64,000 nucleotides of DNA from Saccostrea cucullata (taxonomy: Eukaryota): positions 62,001 through 126,000 of the forward strand of contig NW_026923116.1 of NCBI RefSeq assembly GCF_032062105.1. Reading direction: 5' to 3'. Positions 40,370 through 52,800 of the stretch are shown here, one piece after another. How positions within the stretch are numbered: the first letter of the stretch is position 1; each line of letters starts with the position of its first letter. Made by a program: the position numbers and the translations under genes. A model generated the notes under the pieces. That model saw only the letters and a program-made list of their open reading frames with translations. It was not told where the DNA came from and searched no databases.

Positions 40370-40474
40370 CAATCTAATTAAAATCAGACTTCTTAGATCC
40401 GCGCCGTATTCACTCTGCTTCTTACGCAGAGTGAATACGGTGCGGATCTAAGAAGTCTGATTTTAATTAGATTG
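40370..40474. mobile_element. 105-bp near-perfect hairpin insertion (MITE)
   Basis: ~50-bp arms CAATCTAATTAAAATCAGACTTCTTAGATCCGC.. with 1 mismatch; flanked by direct repeat CTGCTGTATG (8-10 bp depending on where the ends are placed). Confidence 0.85.
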
Positions 40475-40734
40475 CTGCTGTATGGTTACATTTCATTCCA
40501 AAACTGTTGTGAAATCTACAAGAACTTTTTTGTGACAATGTACGATCGTATCAGTTTTTTACTCACTCTTTTTATTGATGGAGGTTATAATAAAATAATC
40601 AGAAGATCTCGAGCATTCTGACTGTCATTAAACATATGGCAATACAGTTAAAAATATTGCAATACAAAATTCCAAGCCCATACCGAGCCCTTAAGATAAC
40701 AATATAATACAATATACAAATAGTAATACATGTA

Positions 40735-41773
40735 CAGGGTGTTTCACAATATATGTCACACATCTTAAGACTGATAAATAAATAACAACAAAAGCTACAT
40801 ACACATTTTATATCTCATTTTAATCGGCATAGATTCAAAATTATTTTTTTTTAGTCAGAACTATCCAAAATCCACCACCTCAGTTACTATGGCAACAAAT
40901 CCTAAAATGTTATTCTCGAAGTGTTTTCCCAACATTGTCTTAAATAACTTAAGAGACTAACGTTTATAAATTTCTGATCACTGTTTTGTATGTTCCCCAA
41001 GATTTCTGAGACTTTTCTTGTTTTATATTTGGCTTTTTAGAACCTTAAAAGTGCATATCTATATTTACTTAAAGTTGCATTTAAATAAATATTTCCTTTC
41101 AGAACTACCGGTAAGTGTTAATTGGTGTCCACTTCTTTCACTCTTCCTTTCAGTCAATCTTGCAAACTTTTACCCCGGCTCTGAATGTCATATGACTTTA
41201 ACGGTTGAAATCTTGTATGCAGACATCCTTAACCCAAATCTAAGATTTCGAAATACTCTTGATACACTTACTGGCATTATTACAACCCGTTTTCTCCATA
41301 ATTGACTTCACTCTGATATTGTTCTCATCTCTTCTTGATATTTTGGGGGTGGGGTAGGGTTGGGTGAAGAAGAGGCAGGGTTTAACTGTCTTTCATCTTT
41401 ACATTATAATTTAATTTAAACCCCCTAATTATTCTTAATAGAAGAAAAGTAGACAGTAATTTCTGGTCTACTTATTTTTTTTTTTATCATAACCCCCTGT
41501 AAAATATATAAAATATCGTAAACAGTTCTTATTATAAAAAATTACAATAAATTTTTGCTGCAAGTTTTACGCAATTTTGAGAATAGCTGAAATTATGACA
41601 ACACTGATTATATCATCAGTTACTTCCTGGTTTATTATAATTTTCCTGATATTTTGCAACATAATAATTTTAGAACAATGTGCTTAACTTTAGTGCTTTG
41701 GTATTTTTGGTATTATGCTCGATATTCAGATTATGCCCATTTAGATGTGTGACATATATTGTGAAACACCCTG
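40735..41773. mobile_element. Tc1/mariner-type non-autonomous element
   Basis: Perfect ~31-bp TIR CAGGGTGTTTCACAATATATGTCACACATCT; TA TSD. Confidence 0.85.
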
Positions 41774-42252
41774 TAGATAAGAATAATCAAAACAAAATAT
41801 AACTTGTACAAGTATAAGTTACATGACTATATAATCTTAGAATAAACAAAGAATTATAATTTTTATCAAGTACATGTACATGTATATGATGGATATTGTT
41901 AATCTTGTCATGCAAACATCCTTTTTTGTTTTTTTTTCCTTCAATATATAAATAGAAAATGACACTTCAATTGAAATATATAAAAATAAATCTCAGTAAG
42001 GTTTGGAATTTTTTTCCCATAAATTTGAAATTTACAAGATTATACATGGAGACAACACAAAAGCAAAAAATAAATAAATGTATAAATATTTCTTTATATT
42101 AATCATTTACTGCTATCTATAATAGCAAATAATATATGACAACTTAAAAAAAAAAAATTTTAATATCAGGACTGGAAAAATATTCTCAATGCATATATAT
42201 CTATTTAGGCACAAAATATTGTTTATACGTGTATTTGTTCCAAACTCACTGA

Positions 42253-45200
42253 TCACTTCTGTTTCTTATCGGACTCTTCAGATTTCCTCAGTTCTTTCTG
42301 CAGGGCCTGTAGATCCTTGTACAGATTACGATGTAACAATGCAGAGGCACACAGCAGTCCTCCATACAAAGCCCCACCCAGGCCTACTGACATCACGTCC
42401 TGACCTGTCAAAGGGAGATCACGAAACATTATCTGTCATGCTGATCAAAATGATACAATAAAACTCGTTTAGTACAGAAACGGATATTGCGAATTCATGG
42501 ATATAGTGGAGTTATTTTGGATCTCCAGCTATATAAATTAATTGACATTTAAGAGGTATCTCTCCAAAAACATAAAGAACAAAATGACTTACTGGTGGGG
42601 GGGGTATCCTTCTATAGGAGAGAAATACTTATCAACTATAATTTAAAAAAGTAAACTAGAATGTAAGAGTATACTAAGACCCACCAGTCAGATAGAGCCC
42701 TGGAATGTCAGTTTTTGGCCGGAGCTGGATGCTGGCCTCTGGTAGAAATCTCACCATGTTCTGTTCTAACCCGTACATTTCTCCATGCTGGAATCCCAGG
42801 TAGTACCGGTTACTGATGGGGGTACCCACGTCAAAGTACTCCACCTGGTGACACAAAAGAATAGGGGGAAATGGAATATTTGAGTCTGTGTTCATATTTA
42901 CATGTATGTGTCAAAGCACATTTTCAAGGGAGACAACTCTAACAATTTCATAACTGTGTTTAAAAAAAGACCATAAATTAAAGTCTATCCATAATGCTGA
43001 ATCATATACATTGTACCAGCATGTACAATATTAATCAGTACACTGTCATGTACTTAATATATGTTGTAAAATCATCAATATGTTTTGAAGATTAAATTGC
43101 CTAGTAATCTCCTAATACTAAGAGAGTGCCAAATTTATGTATGCCACGTTAAAAATTGAAATGTCTAACTAATCTACATTCACTGACACAGAAAATCAAA
43201 TCTTTAAAACACATTTCTTTTCCTAAAACAATACCCCACCCACCAAAATTCCAAGATTTTTTAATACTTTAAACACAAATATTCAGAGTGACAAAATGAA
43301 AACAAACACATACTTTATTTTCCATTTTGGGGTACAGTTTAGTGCACTGCTCTAGCATCCTTCGTCCAATGGCATTTTTGATTTCTTCGTAATCCTCCCC
43401 TCTGTGTTTGACTCGGCCGTCTTCCCAGTCCTTGAACCATTTGTAGTGAGACCAGGTGATGATCAGACAGGTAGATTTATCTGAAATGATGTTCATTAAG
43501 AACAATTCATGTAGTGGTTTGTTGGGTTTTTTTGTTGAAGTTCTAAGGAATTTAATTTCCTGCACAGATAAATGATAATTAATTTTATAAGTCATTGAGA
43601 GTCATCATCACTGAAAATTAGATGTACATGTAATATGTATGCCTTTAGAGACAATTAATGTCTATCACTTTTTATTTTAATTTCTATCAATGAATATACA
43701 TGTACATAAAAAGAAATATGAAAAAATATTAATTGTAGAAGGCCCTAATCATAGGAAACATATGTATTAGCAAAATTCATATACTCAGTGAACACTTTTT
43801 AAAGTACCTGGGTTTCTCTCATGCCATGTTGGGTCCTTGGCAGAGGGGAATGAAATAAACATCATGGGGACGTCATGGTTTGGCAAATCTTCCACCGACA
43901 GAGCACTGTATTCATTATATATCTGCTCCACATCTGGCCTGAAGTCAAAAATATGTCATAATCATCAGCATCATTATCATCATGATTTATTGCTTCAATT
44001 TTTTTCTCCTTCATGAGGGATATTTCATTACTTTTAAACACAAGAATTTAATTTGTTTAAATCATGGCCCCTGGATCAATTTGAATTTACAGTTCATACG
44101 CATGGTGATATATGGTGATATAAGCCTGCACACTTTGTAAGCTGTGCAGGTTTATATCACCATGAATATAAATCCAATTTATATAACATGCCTAAAGGAA
44201 GGTATAATACCTGGTAAAATGCCAGCAGTTATGAGCCTGGATCCCGAGTTCTTCCTTGGTCCCCTTCAATCCCACAAACACCGTCAGAAAAGACACACTT
44301 TCTCCTACCTTGTTAATCATTGGATAAATTGCTGAAAAGGCAGAAGTAACATCACATTAAATCAAATACAAAAGTCTCATTCCATAATATTTTCTTTCCA
44401 CTGAAGGCCTACCAAGGACATTGAAGTTCATGTATATAGGTCATCAGTCACGAGAAATTACTGTATAAAAGGAAATTTTAGCGAGACGCAAATTTAGCGA
44501 TTTGGCCTTATAATTGGGTATTTCATTTTTAGCGAGAAGTAATTTTAGTGATATTCAAAAGCTCACCAGAGAAGTCATTTCAAATACAAGACAATTAGTT
44601 TTAAGCGATATTCAATTTTAGCGATCTCAACACGCACGCTAATAATGCCAAAATTAAATCCTCGCTAAAAATTCTACCTTTACGGTATATTGCAGGTACT
44701 AATTGTTAATAGATTACATGATTTTGTAGCCACTTCTTTTGGCAGGAGATGGAGGAATGTATTAGAAACTCCGGCATCAGACACAATACGTTTGGCAAAT
44801 ATCTCTACATCACTGTCTCCCTTCCTGAGTCTTACACCTGTATTCAAAACAAAAAATGAAAAGCTTACTTATTTAACAATCCAGTGATATTACCTGGTAT
44901 TATTTTGCTTTAACTCTGCAGTACAATTGAATTCAAAAACATTTTGTGACATTCTAATAACAGTCGCTTTTTTCTTTAGCTTGGTATTCATTGGATGTTC
45001 CATATAGAATTTACATAACTAATTCACGTTTTTTTTTTTTTTTACATAAAATTCATATATTATTTTAATTTGGATTATTATTTTCATAAAATATGTAATT
45101 CTTAAACTTCCTAATTTGAACATTAATTACTTTAAGTACAAAGCAATCAATAAGATCTTTCAGTGAGCAATAAAATGCAGAGTTGTCTCCCTTCAACTCT

Positions 45201-48200
45201 GTTTCTAGCAATCGAAATTAACAACTAATACAAAACATTGCCTTTAAAAATACTATAGGATTAAACGTTCTTTTTGAAAAATTTATCGATGTGTAAACTC
45301 TTGACATTTTACTCACAAACTAAATAAAAGTGCGAAGCACTTTTATGTTAAGTTTGTGAGTAAAATGTCAAGAGTTTACACATCGATAAATTTTTCAAAA
45401 AAGAACGTTTAATTCTTATAATTCCAATATCGAATTTTTTTAAAAATATTTAAATTATTTCTCTTTGAGGCCTCCATACAATCCGTTAATCTGAAATTCC
45501 AAGAAAATACATTTTACCGTAAAGGAACGTAATCGAGACGAATTTCGATAGAGTTCAACTTACAATTTGTCAAAACAATCGATAAATAAACTTATAACAA
45601 CTAATGGAATGCTATTTAAGTCAACAAATATCGTAATTACGAGTTTATTCAGAATAGTTCGTCTTTGACCATGGCCATGTTGACATAAACAACAACTCTC
45701 ATAGAGAAAGTTGCAGACCGATGACGCCTTTGATTTGCACTTGTTTATTCAAATATTGAGGAACAATATAGAAAGTAAATATGAATTTGATGCTAATAGG
45801 GCAAGAGCTTGAGGTACATTTTACCGCATCCCTTGTCAAAACGATACAAGACTGAGCTTATTCTTTTGCGTATGAACGTTGAGACAGCGGTTTTTAAAAT
45901 TCACACTCGTGATCGGACAGTGACATAAACATTTTCACGGCGTCCATCAGTTAGGCAGTCTAGTATGTTGCCAGTTTTGTTTTACTTTAAGCCCTATTAT
46001 TAAATTTAAAGTTCTTGTATTCATTATTTAGCCAGAACAGACCCAGAAATAACTGCTTTCATTGTTTATACGATAACCTAGTAGTGTCATCAAGAAAGTA
46101 GTACTGATTGAAAGAATTTATCGATGTGTAAAAATTTTCTGGAACGTGTTCTCGTCCAATCAAAACACAGGAAATCAATAGATAAAATGAAGATTGGAAT
46201 TATACATTAAACAGCTATTCTTACCCTCCTATTTAACTTACCTATGGCTCTTCCCTTGTCAGACATGATGATCTGGGACACGGGGGCATTGACCAGCACC
46301 CTCCCATTCCTCTCCTCAATGACCTGAATCATCTGGAAAGCCAGTTCACTGGGCCCCCCTCTGATGTAATGGGCCCCCGTAAAATAGTGACCCATGATGA
46401 CAGAGTGCAGACCAAACGGGGTCTTAGAGGGGATCACTCCTGAAATAATGAAAGAAAAAGTGAGCAAGCTCACATAACCCATGCTCCTCCAAAAGTCGAA
46501 GTGCTGAAATTCCAAGAAAAAAATAAAGGAATAGGAATTTCCTGGTAATATGCACATCTATACACATTGTGTCCTAAATTTCTACAAAGTTTGACGAAAT
46601 TGTGTGCAGTTGTTTATGAGGAGTTGCGTTGACAAACTATTCATCTCCATATTCAAGATATGGTCAAAAATCTAAGTTGAAAAGTACAGAAATTCTCAGC
46701 AAAATTAAAGGAATCAGAATTTTCTGGTAATATGTACATCTACACATTGTGTCCTAAATATATGCAAAGTTTAATGAAATTGTGTGCAGCAGTTTATGAG
46801 GAGTTGTGCCGACAAAAAACACAGGAATGATGGACTAACCCTAACCCTGACTGACACACTGACTGACGGACAGGTCAAAAACATTATACCTCATGCAACT
46901 TGTTGCAAGGGATATAATTAAACAATACCTGTCAATCTGAATTCTTTTAAAAGTAAGACAAGAAACCATTTTATTTACATTGCCAAAGTGATCATATTTT
47001 GAAAAATTAAACTACTTTAAATTAAATAATTATTGATGGTGAGAGTGTGTGTACAATGTCTAGGATCTTTTAAAGATTTATTTTCAAGTTTCATTTTGTG
47101 TTATATGCAAACAATGACCTGTAACAAACATATATGTATTAAACCGAGTCTCATATGAATATGAGTATATGTGTCTGTATCACTTTTCCATTTTTTCAGC
47201 TTGAGAGGAAAACAGAAATATTTTACATACACTATATATAATATGGTTCAGAAGCTGATCATAAAAAATGATAAGATATAATTTACCATAATCTCCAAAT
47301 ATGTAGGACAGTGTCCCTTTCAGTTCCTCATCATTTGTGACACTGTCTAGAACATCTTTCAGGGTGAGCTTTCCAAACTGACCATAAGCCTTGAAGATGA
47401 TGTTAATTAGTCCAGTAGACACCAAAAGCTGTGCCAGCCACTTAGGGAGAACTTTTAGAACCACACATCCAGTGAAGAAATGTCTTGCTTCCTGAAAATA
47501 CAAATCACGATTCCATACTTTCTTCTTTGCTAAAACTCAAAAAACAAAAGAAAAAGAAAAATTACACTCAAATTAAATTAAAGCATCCTCTTAAACTTTA
47601 TGGCTCTAAATTTAAAATAAATTGCGATCCATTTTCTTCATCTGAAAAATACATCATTAAAAAAAAATATTTTGATGATTAGGCCATCTTTAAAAGTTTG
47701 TTTGGTTGCCCTCTCCCGACCGACTGGCTAAAAATGGTCCGACTCAAAACTTTTTAAACCTCCAAGAAGAAATTATTTTTTATGTACTCTGGAAAATAGA
47801 ATAAAAAAGAAAGCATTAAAATTGAAACTTTCCAAGAGTAAAAAATTTCTCACCGACCTACCAACCCAATATTTTCAGACCTTGTCAGGAGAGGGCAAGC
47901 AAGCAATATTCTAAAGTTGACATTACCTTGAGCAGCTGGAAAAACTTATCTATTCCCTCTTTCTCCTTTGGAAATGCAGTTTTCAAATTCTCAACGATTT
48001 TGTCTTTATTTGATACAAAGGGGTATTTTCTAACTTTTTCTGTCATTGGGTCTCCTATTGCAACCTGCAACGTACAGAATTTTTTAGATTAATGAAAAGC
48101 AATACAACTCAGAACCTCCAAATACATGTCCCTGAACAGCAAGCAATTTATGAAGTGGTAAGTGATAATATTTTTAAGTTGCAGTCATTCACTTTTTTGG

Positions 48201-49496
48201 TGGATTTCTTTAGTATCAACAGAGAATGTAAAGGCTTTGTTTGACTACTGACCACATCATAGGCTTCATCCATCAGTGGATACTCCACTTTTCCACCTGT
48301 CAGCTGATCCATCAGAACCCTATTGTCATAAGACGGATCCATCTTTCCTATGTAGTGAATACCTAAGAAAGTTGGGGGAAAATTTATAAATGTACAGATG
48401 CTTTATATTTAATTGATGTGTGGATAAAATATTTTCTTTTTTTTTTGTCTCAGCCTAAAAATTATTTTATCAAAATGAAGGATTTTTTTTCTGGAAAAAA
48501 AAGGAACAAAAACTTGTGAGTACAGGTGACTTGTTGTTTTGGAATGGGAACAAAGGAGAAAGGAGGAAATAAATATTTTTTATTTATGCCTGAGGTTGAG
48601 CATTATAATAATTTAAAAACACATTATTTACCTGTATCAAATTCAAATCCCTTATCAATGAAGGTATGACAGCAGCCTCCCGCTTGATCATGCTGCTCCA
48701 GGACCAGAACTCTCTTCCCTGCGCGGGCCAGAAGTACCCCCACCTCCAGTCCTCCAATACCACTCCCAATGATGATCGTGTCCAGATTTTCAGGAACTTT
48801 GTGGCTTTTGAATCCTTAAACAAAATTTCTATAATTATCCAAGATGTCTACTTGTTATGTATTTTAAGAATCTGTGTAAAGCTTTAAAGATTTTTTTGCA
48901 GATGTTTTTAAGTAATTTAGAATTTACACAACTCCATAAGAAACAGACTTGATCACATTAATTATATCTATACATGTACTATAGAACATATTAATCTGAT
49001 TGAACCACTGTGACATGAACATTAACAATTTAATGTATAGCCAGGTAAAGGCCTTTGGTGCACCAGATCTGTTTTGCATTTTATAACCTGTTTATACCTA
49101 TAGAGTATATACATATACAACACTTGGCAATATTGCTAAAAATTAATTTGATAACCTGAAAACACAGAATAATTTGTTCATACATTGATACAAATGAAGT
49201 ACATGTAAATTTAACCACTTTTAAATGCAATTAAATAATAGACTTTCCTATCCACATTATCAAACATACATACTCTGCTTTAAGATTTGATCACGTTTTT
49301 TCTGATCAGAGACCAATTCCTCTACTGGTTTCACATGCTTTGCAGAGAAAGGATTTCTTCCAGGTTTAGGTCCCGAAAAGAGAACTGACATTGCAAATAT
49401 GAAAACATACAGGAGAAAAATTATACCAAGAATATACGGATTGTCAGCAAGGTATTTGAGTACCTTGCCAACAAACTCAAGAACCCCTGTATTCAT
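42253..49496 (-). CDS. RETSAT: All-trans-retinol 13,14-reductase-like, paralog B. Exons 49496-49274, 48814-48632, 48362-48253, 48064-47927, 47491-47287, 46439-46242, 44837-44718, 44331-44211, 43938-43808, 43480-43314, 42844-42685, 42404-42253
   Basis: Same 12-exon structure as paralog A; [47 protein letters not shown]. Ends KKQK-stop. Confidence 0.92.
44461..44685. mobile_element. TA-flanked MITE (Tc1/mariner-type)
   Basis: TA|CTGTATAAAAGGAAATTTTAGCGAG...CTCGCTAAAAATTCTACCTTTACGG|TA; internal repeats of TTTAGCGA. Confidence 0.65.
45255..46204. mobile_element. Palindrome-headed element (Crypton-like)
   Basis: ~80-bp-arm palindrome at 45255-45419 centred on GTGCGAAGCAC; TATAATTCCAAT follows it and the inverted ATTGGAATTATA marks the right end; part of the arm (TTTATCGATGTGTAAA) recurs at ~46117. 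Confidence 0.55.
46451..46920 (+). mobile_element. HINE-type element (family of 25012-26327) next to a RETSAT-B 3' splice site
   Basis: Two ~180-bp repeats, a GACT microsatellite and the 3' hairpin TATACCTCATGCAACTTGTTGCAAGGGATATA. Confidence 0.7.
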
Positions 49497-49859
49497 CTTG
49501 TCACTTGTGCAGTTGTGGCGTTTGTATGATTGCTGTGTTTACAGGTGATAGCTCGCACTGATTACCTTTCGGATTTCCTCTGACATATAGGCTTATTGAA
49601 CCCGATCAGTTAACAACGCAGTTTCACAAATTCACTCAGTCTTTTTTTTTCTTTAAAAAAATTATCTAACGATTACAGAGAACAAGACATTATTTTTGAT
49701 ACATCATTTTAAAAATGGATAGTGTGGTTGAATAGGGCATATCGTTTTTCTTTTAATTAACATCGGAGTCGGAATACGAAAAATACTGAACAATTCATCA
49801 TTCATTGCATATTTTTCGCGAAGGAGTTTATGATTAAATCTACCGTCATCTGTTAAATT

Positions 49860-52800
49860 ATGGCTGATGAAAAGGTAAATATGAAGTAGAAATCATCATT
49901 TGACTATTTTACATTGATATTTCATTCATTGTTTTATCCCAGCTTCAGTGTCATTTATAGAACACGTTCTTCAAATCAACTCGCTGCATTTTGCTATTCA
50001 CATGTATAAGAAGTATATTATGGAAATTGTAGAGAGAAAGAGAACAAACAGTTTTGAAATTATTGTTAATTGCTAATGTTTTGAATGTTTAACATTGAGA
50101 TGACATATTCCACTTGCAGAAATAAAGAATTTCCTCACAAGGGTCTGCTCCCAGAGTGAAAGAAAAAAATTATAAACGTAGAAATCCATTTTATTATTTT
50201 TTGAAAAACAAATTCATTTGGCTTCTTTACACCACAGGAGTCGGCAGTTTTATCAATAAACCAATGTAAACATTACTTATGAGCTTCGCGAGCGAACTCG
50301 GAAGCGACAGGAATGCAATGCGTTTTTGGCGATTTCTGCTCTGGTGCTTTATTTGGTCAAAATAACAAACTTGTGCGACTCAATTCATGTCAGTTGATGT
50401 GTCCCACCTGATTTCTGGTGCATTCCCCTTCTTAATCGCCATTATTGGCCCCAAAATCTGACATAAACAACATTTTGAAAAGAATCAGCCGCCATGAGGG
50501 TTTTCCTGTGATGTCACGATTTATTCAAAATGTGTTCATTGACTTAGGTAAGTTTAACTTCATTTCAAAGACATTTTTTGGTATATTACTGTTTCAAAAA
50601 TTTAAAAAACACAAATAATTCTATCATTGAACATTTTTTTCAAATGTTTAAATGTAGGGGAATCCAAACTCAGTTCAACATCGAATCGTGACGTCACGGG
50701 AAAACCCTCATGGCGGCTGATTCTTTTCAAAATGTTGTTTATGTTAGATTTTGGGCTCAATAACGGCGATTAAGAGGGGGAATCAGAAATCAGGTGGGAC
50801 ACATCAACTGACATGAATTGAGTCGCATGCGTTTGTTAATTTGACCAATTAAAGCGCCAGAGTAGAAATCGCCAAAAACGCGTTGCATTCCTGTCATTTC
50901 GCTCGCTACGCTCACGAAGCTCATAGGATGTTTACATTGGTTTACTGATAAAACTGCCGACTCCTGTGTTTACACTATAGGAGCAAGCCCCTTTGATGCT
51001 CTTAAACAAAAGACACAAATTATTTAATGTTAATAAGCCAACATCTCGCACAAAAGTGCAGATACTGAAGTGTGATCGATGCAAGAAATTCTTGCAATGA
51101 GATTCAATTGAACTTGCTTTAGGCATACCGGGTTGGACAGTAACTTTTATGAGGTCAGGAAAGCTCTTGCTTCTTACCGCTGCAATCCAAGTTTGATCCA
51201 TTTGATCAGCTATGACTGTATGGGAGAAGGTAAGGTGGTCCCTATTGTGTGTCTCCAGGGGCTCCAGTTTTATTGCACAGAAATTACTTACTTAGATGTA
51301 GTATCATTATATTTAAGATATTTTAATAGATTGCATGAAAATAAACATCTGTAAGAATAAAGATTTTTATTGCTGTTTGTTTGGAGGGATACTGCAATAA
51401 TTCAATTCAAATGAGACTGAAATAATTTTTCTGGAATGCACCAAATTGAGCTGGGACTTGACTTTCTCGGGAATCTTGAGTCCTGGGACTTGACTTAGCA
51501 AAATCCTAATGAGAACTCTCATTTTAAAATGTATGCATATATAATACATTATATAAATTTTACAATGGCTTTTGTAGGAAGAAGTTGTAGAGTCCCCTGA
51601 AATCCACTTTGAGCCAGTTGTCAGACTTCCTGAAGTTGAGGTCAAATCTCTCGAGGAAGATGAAGAGGAGATATTCAAGATGTATGTCAAATTTTTAAAG
51701 AATATTTATTTAAAAAAGTAATTAAAGTGTTCAACATGTTCAAACAATAATTCTGTGCAGAAAATTATGGCATGGAAAAATGCATCGTCGGAAACCCACG
51801 GATGATCTCGTCTTTACTTATCACCTGTGGGCAAACTCGCCGAAAAATCGTCGTATGTAATTAAATATGCATGGGTCATTTGATTGGCCGCATCACAGAG
51901 TCGCGATGCGAAACAACGAATCACAGTTCACGTTACGTATGCATGTTCGGCATTGCCAAAAACATGAAAAACTCATTGCGTAGTTAACACAGCTAATAAA
52001 TCCACTCACCGGTACATTTTGCAGTTAGAAAGAGGTCCTCCTTCATAATATCTGACGGATATTAATGTCAGTGACCTGTACGAATTGACTTTCATTGTTT
52101 TAAATCAAAATTCGCACGTTTTAACGAGCGTCAAAATATTTACCATAAATAGCAAAGTAATAAACATATTTTTCAAAATTGAAGAGTTCCAACTCTCTGA
52201 TTGGTTAACAAAAAACAACATATTAGCATATTTTACGGCGATATTTCAGGTAGTTTGCCCACGGGTGATAAGTAAAGACGAGATTACCCGTGGGTTTCCA
52301 ATGATGGGAAAAATGATAAGAGACTAGCAAACCCAAATTCTTAGTTTTGTATGTGAAATACATACTTGATGTATAATTAATATTGATTATTGAAGTAAAG
52401 CTATTATCAAGTAAAGCACAAAGAGTATTTGTGTGTGCTAATTAGCAAGAAAGAGCTACTGGCAATGGAATAAGGAAATTTTTCTTAGCTAGTTCAGTCT
52501 AATTTTGTACCTACTTTACCACTTGAAAACTTGATTGTAATTCTTATTGTTGACATTAATTTCTCATTCAATCAATTAGCGTAAAACTTTTTGAATTGCT
52601 TTAATTATTTTCCCCTCTAGTTTCTTATTGATCTGTTCAGGGTTCAAATTTAAAAAATTATCAAAAGATGAATGGAGATGAAGTTTTTTCATGGAAATAT
52701 ACATGATATAGCCAGATTTTGGCCATTAGATGTAGTGTAGAATTCATCATAAGTAAATGAGAGTCATCATGGTCATGGGGATTTGTATGAGACCTTAAAA

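Noticed and set aside
29793-49496. RETSAT duplication as an assembly haplotype artifact
   Set aside because: Protein sequences and all introns are too divergent to be alleles.
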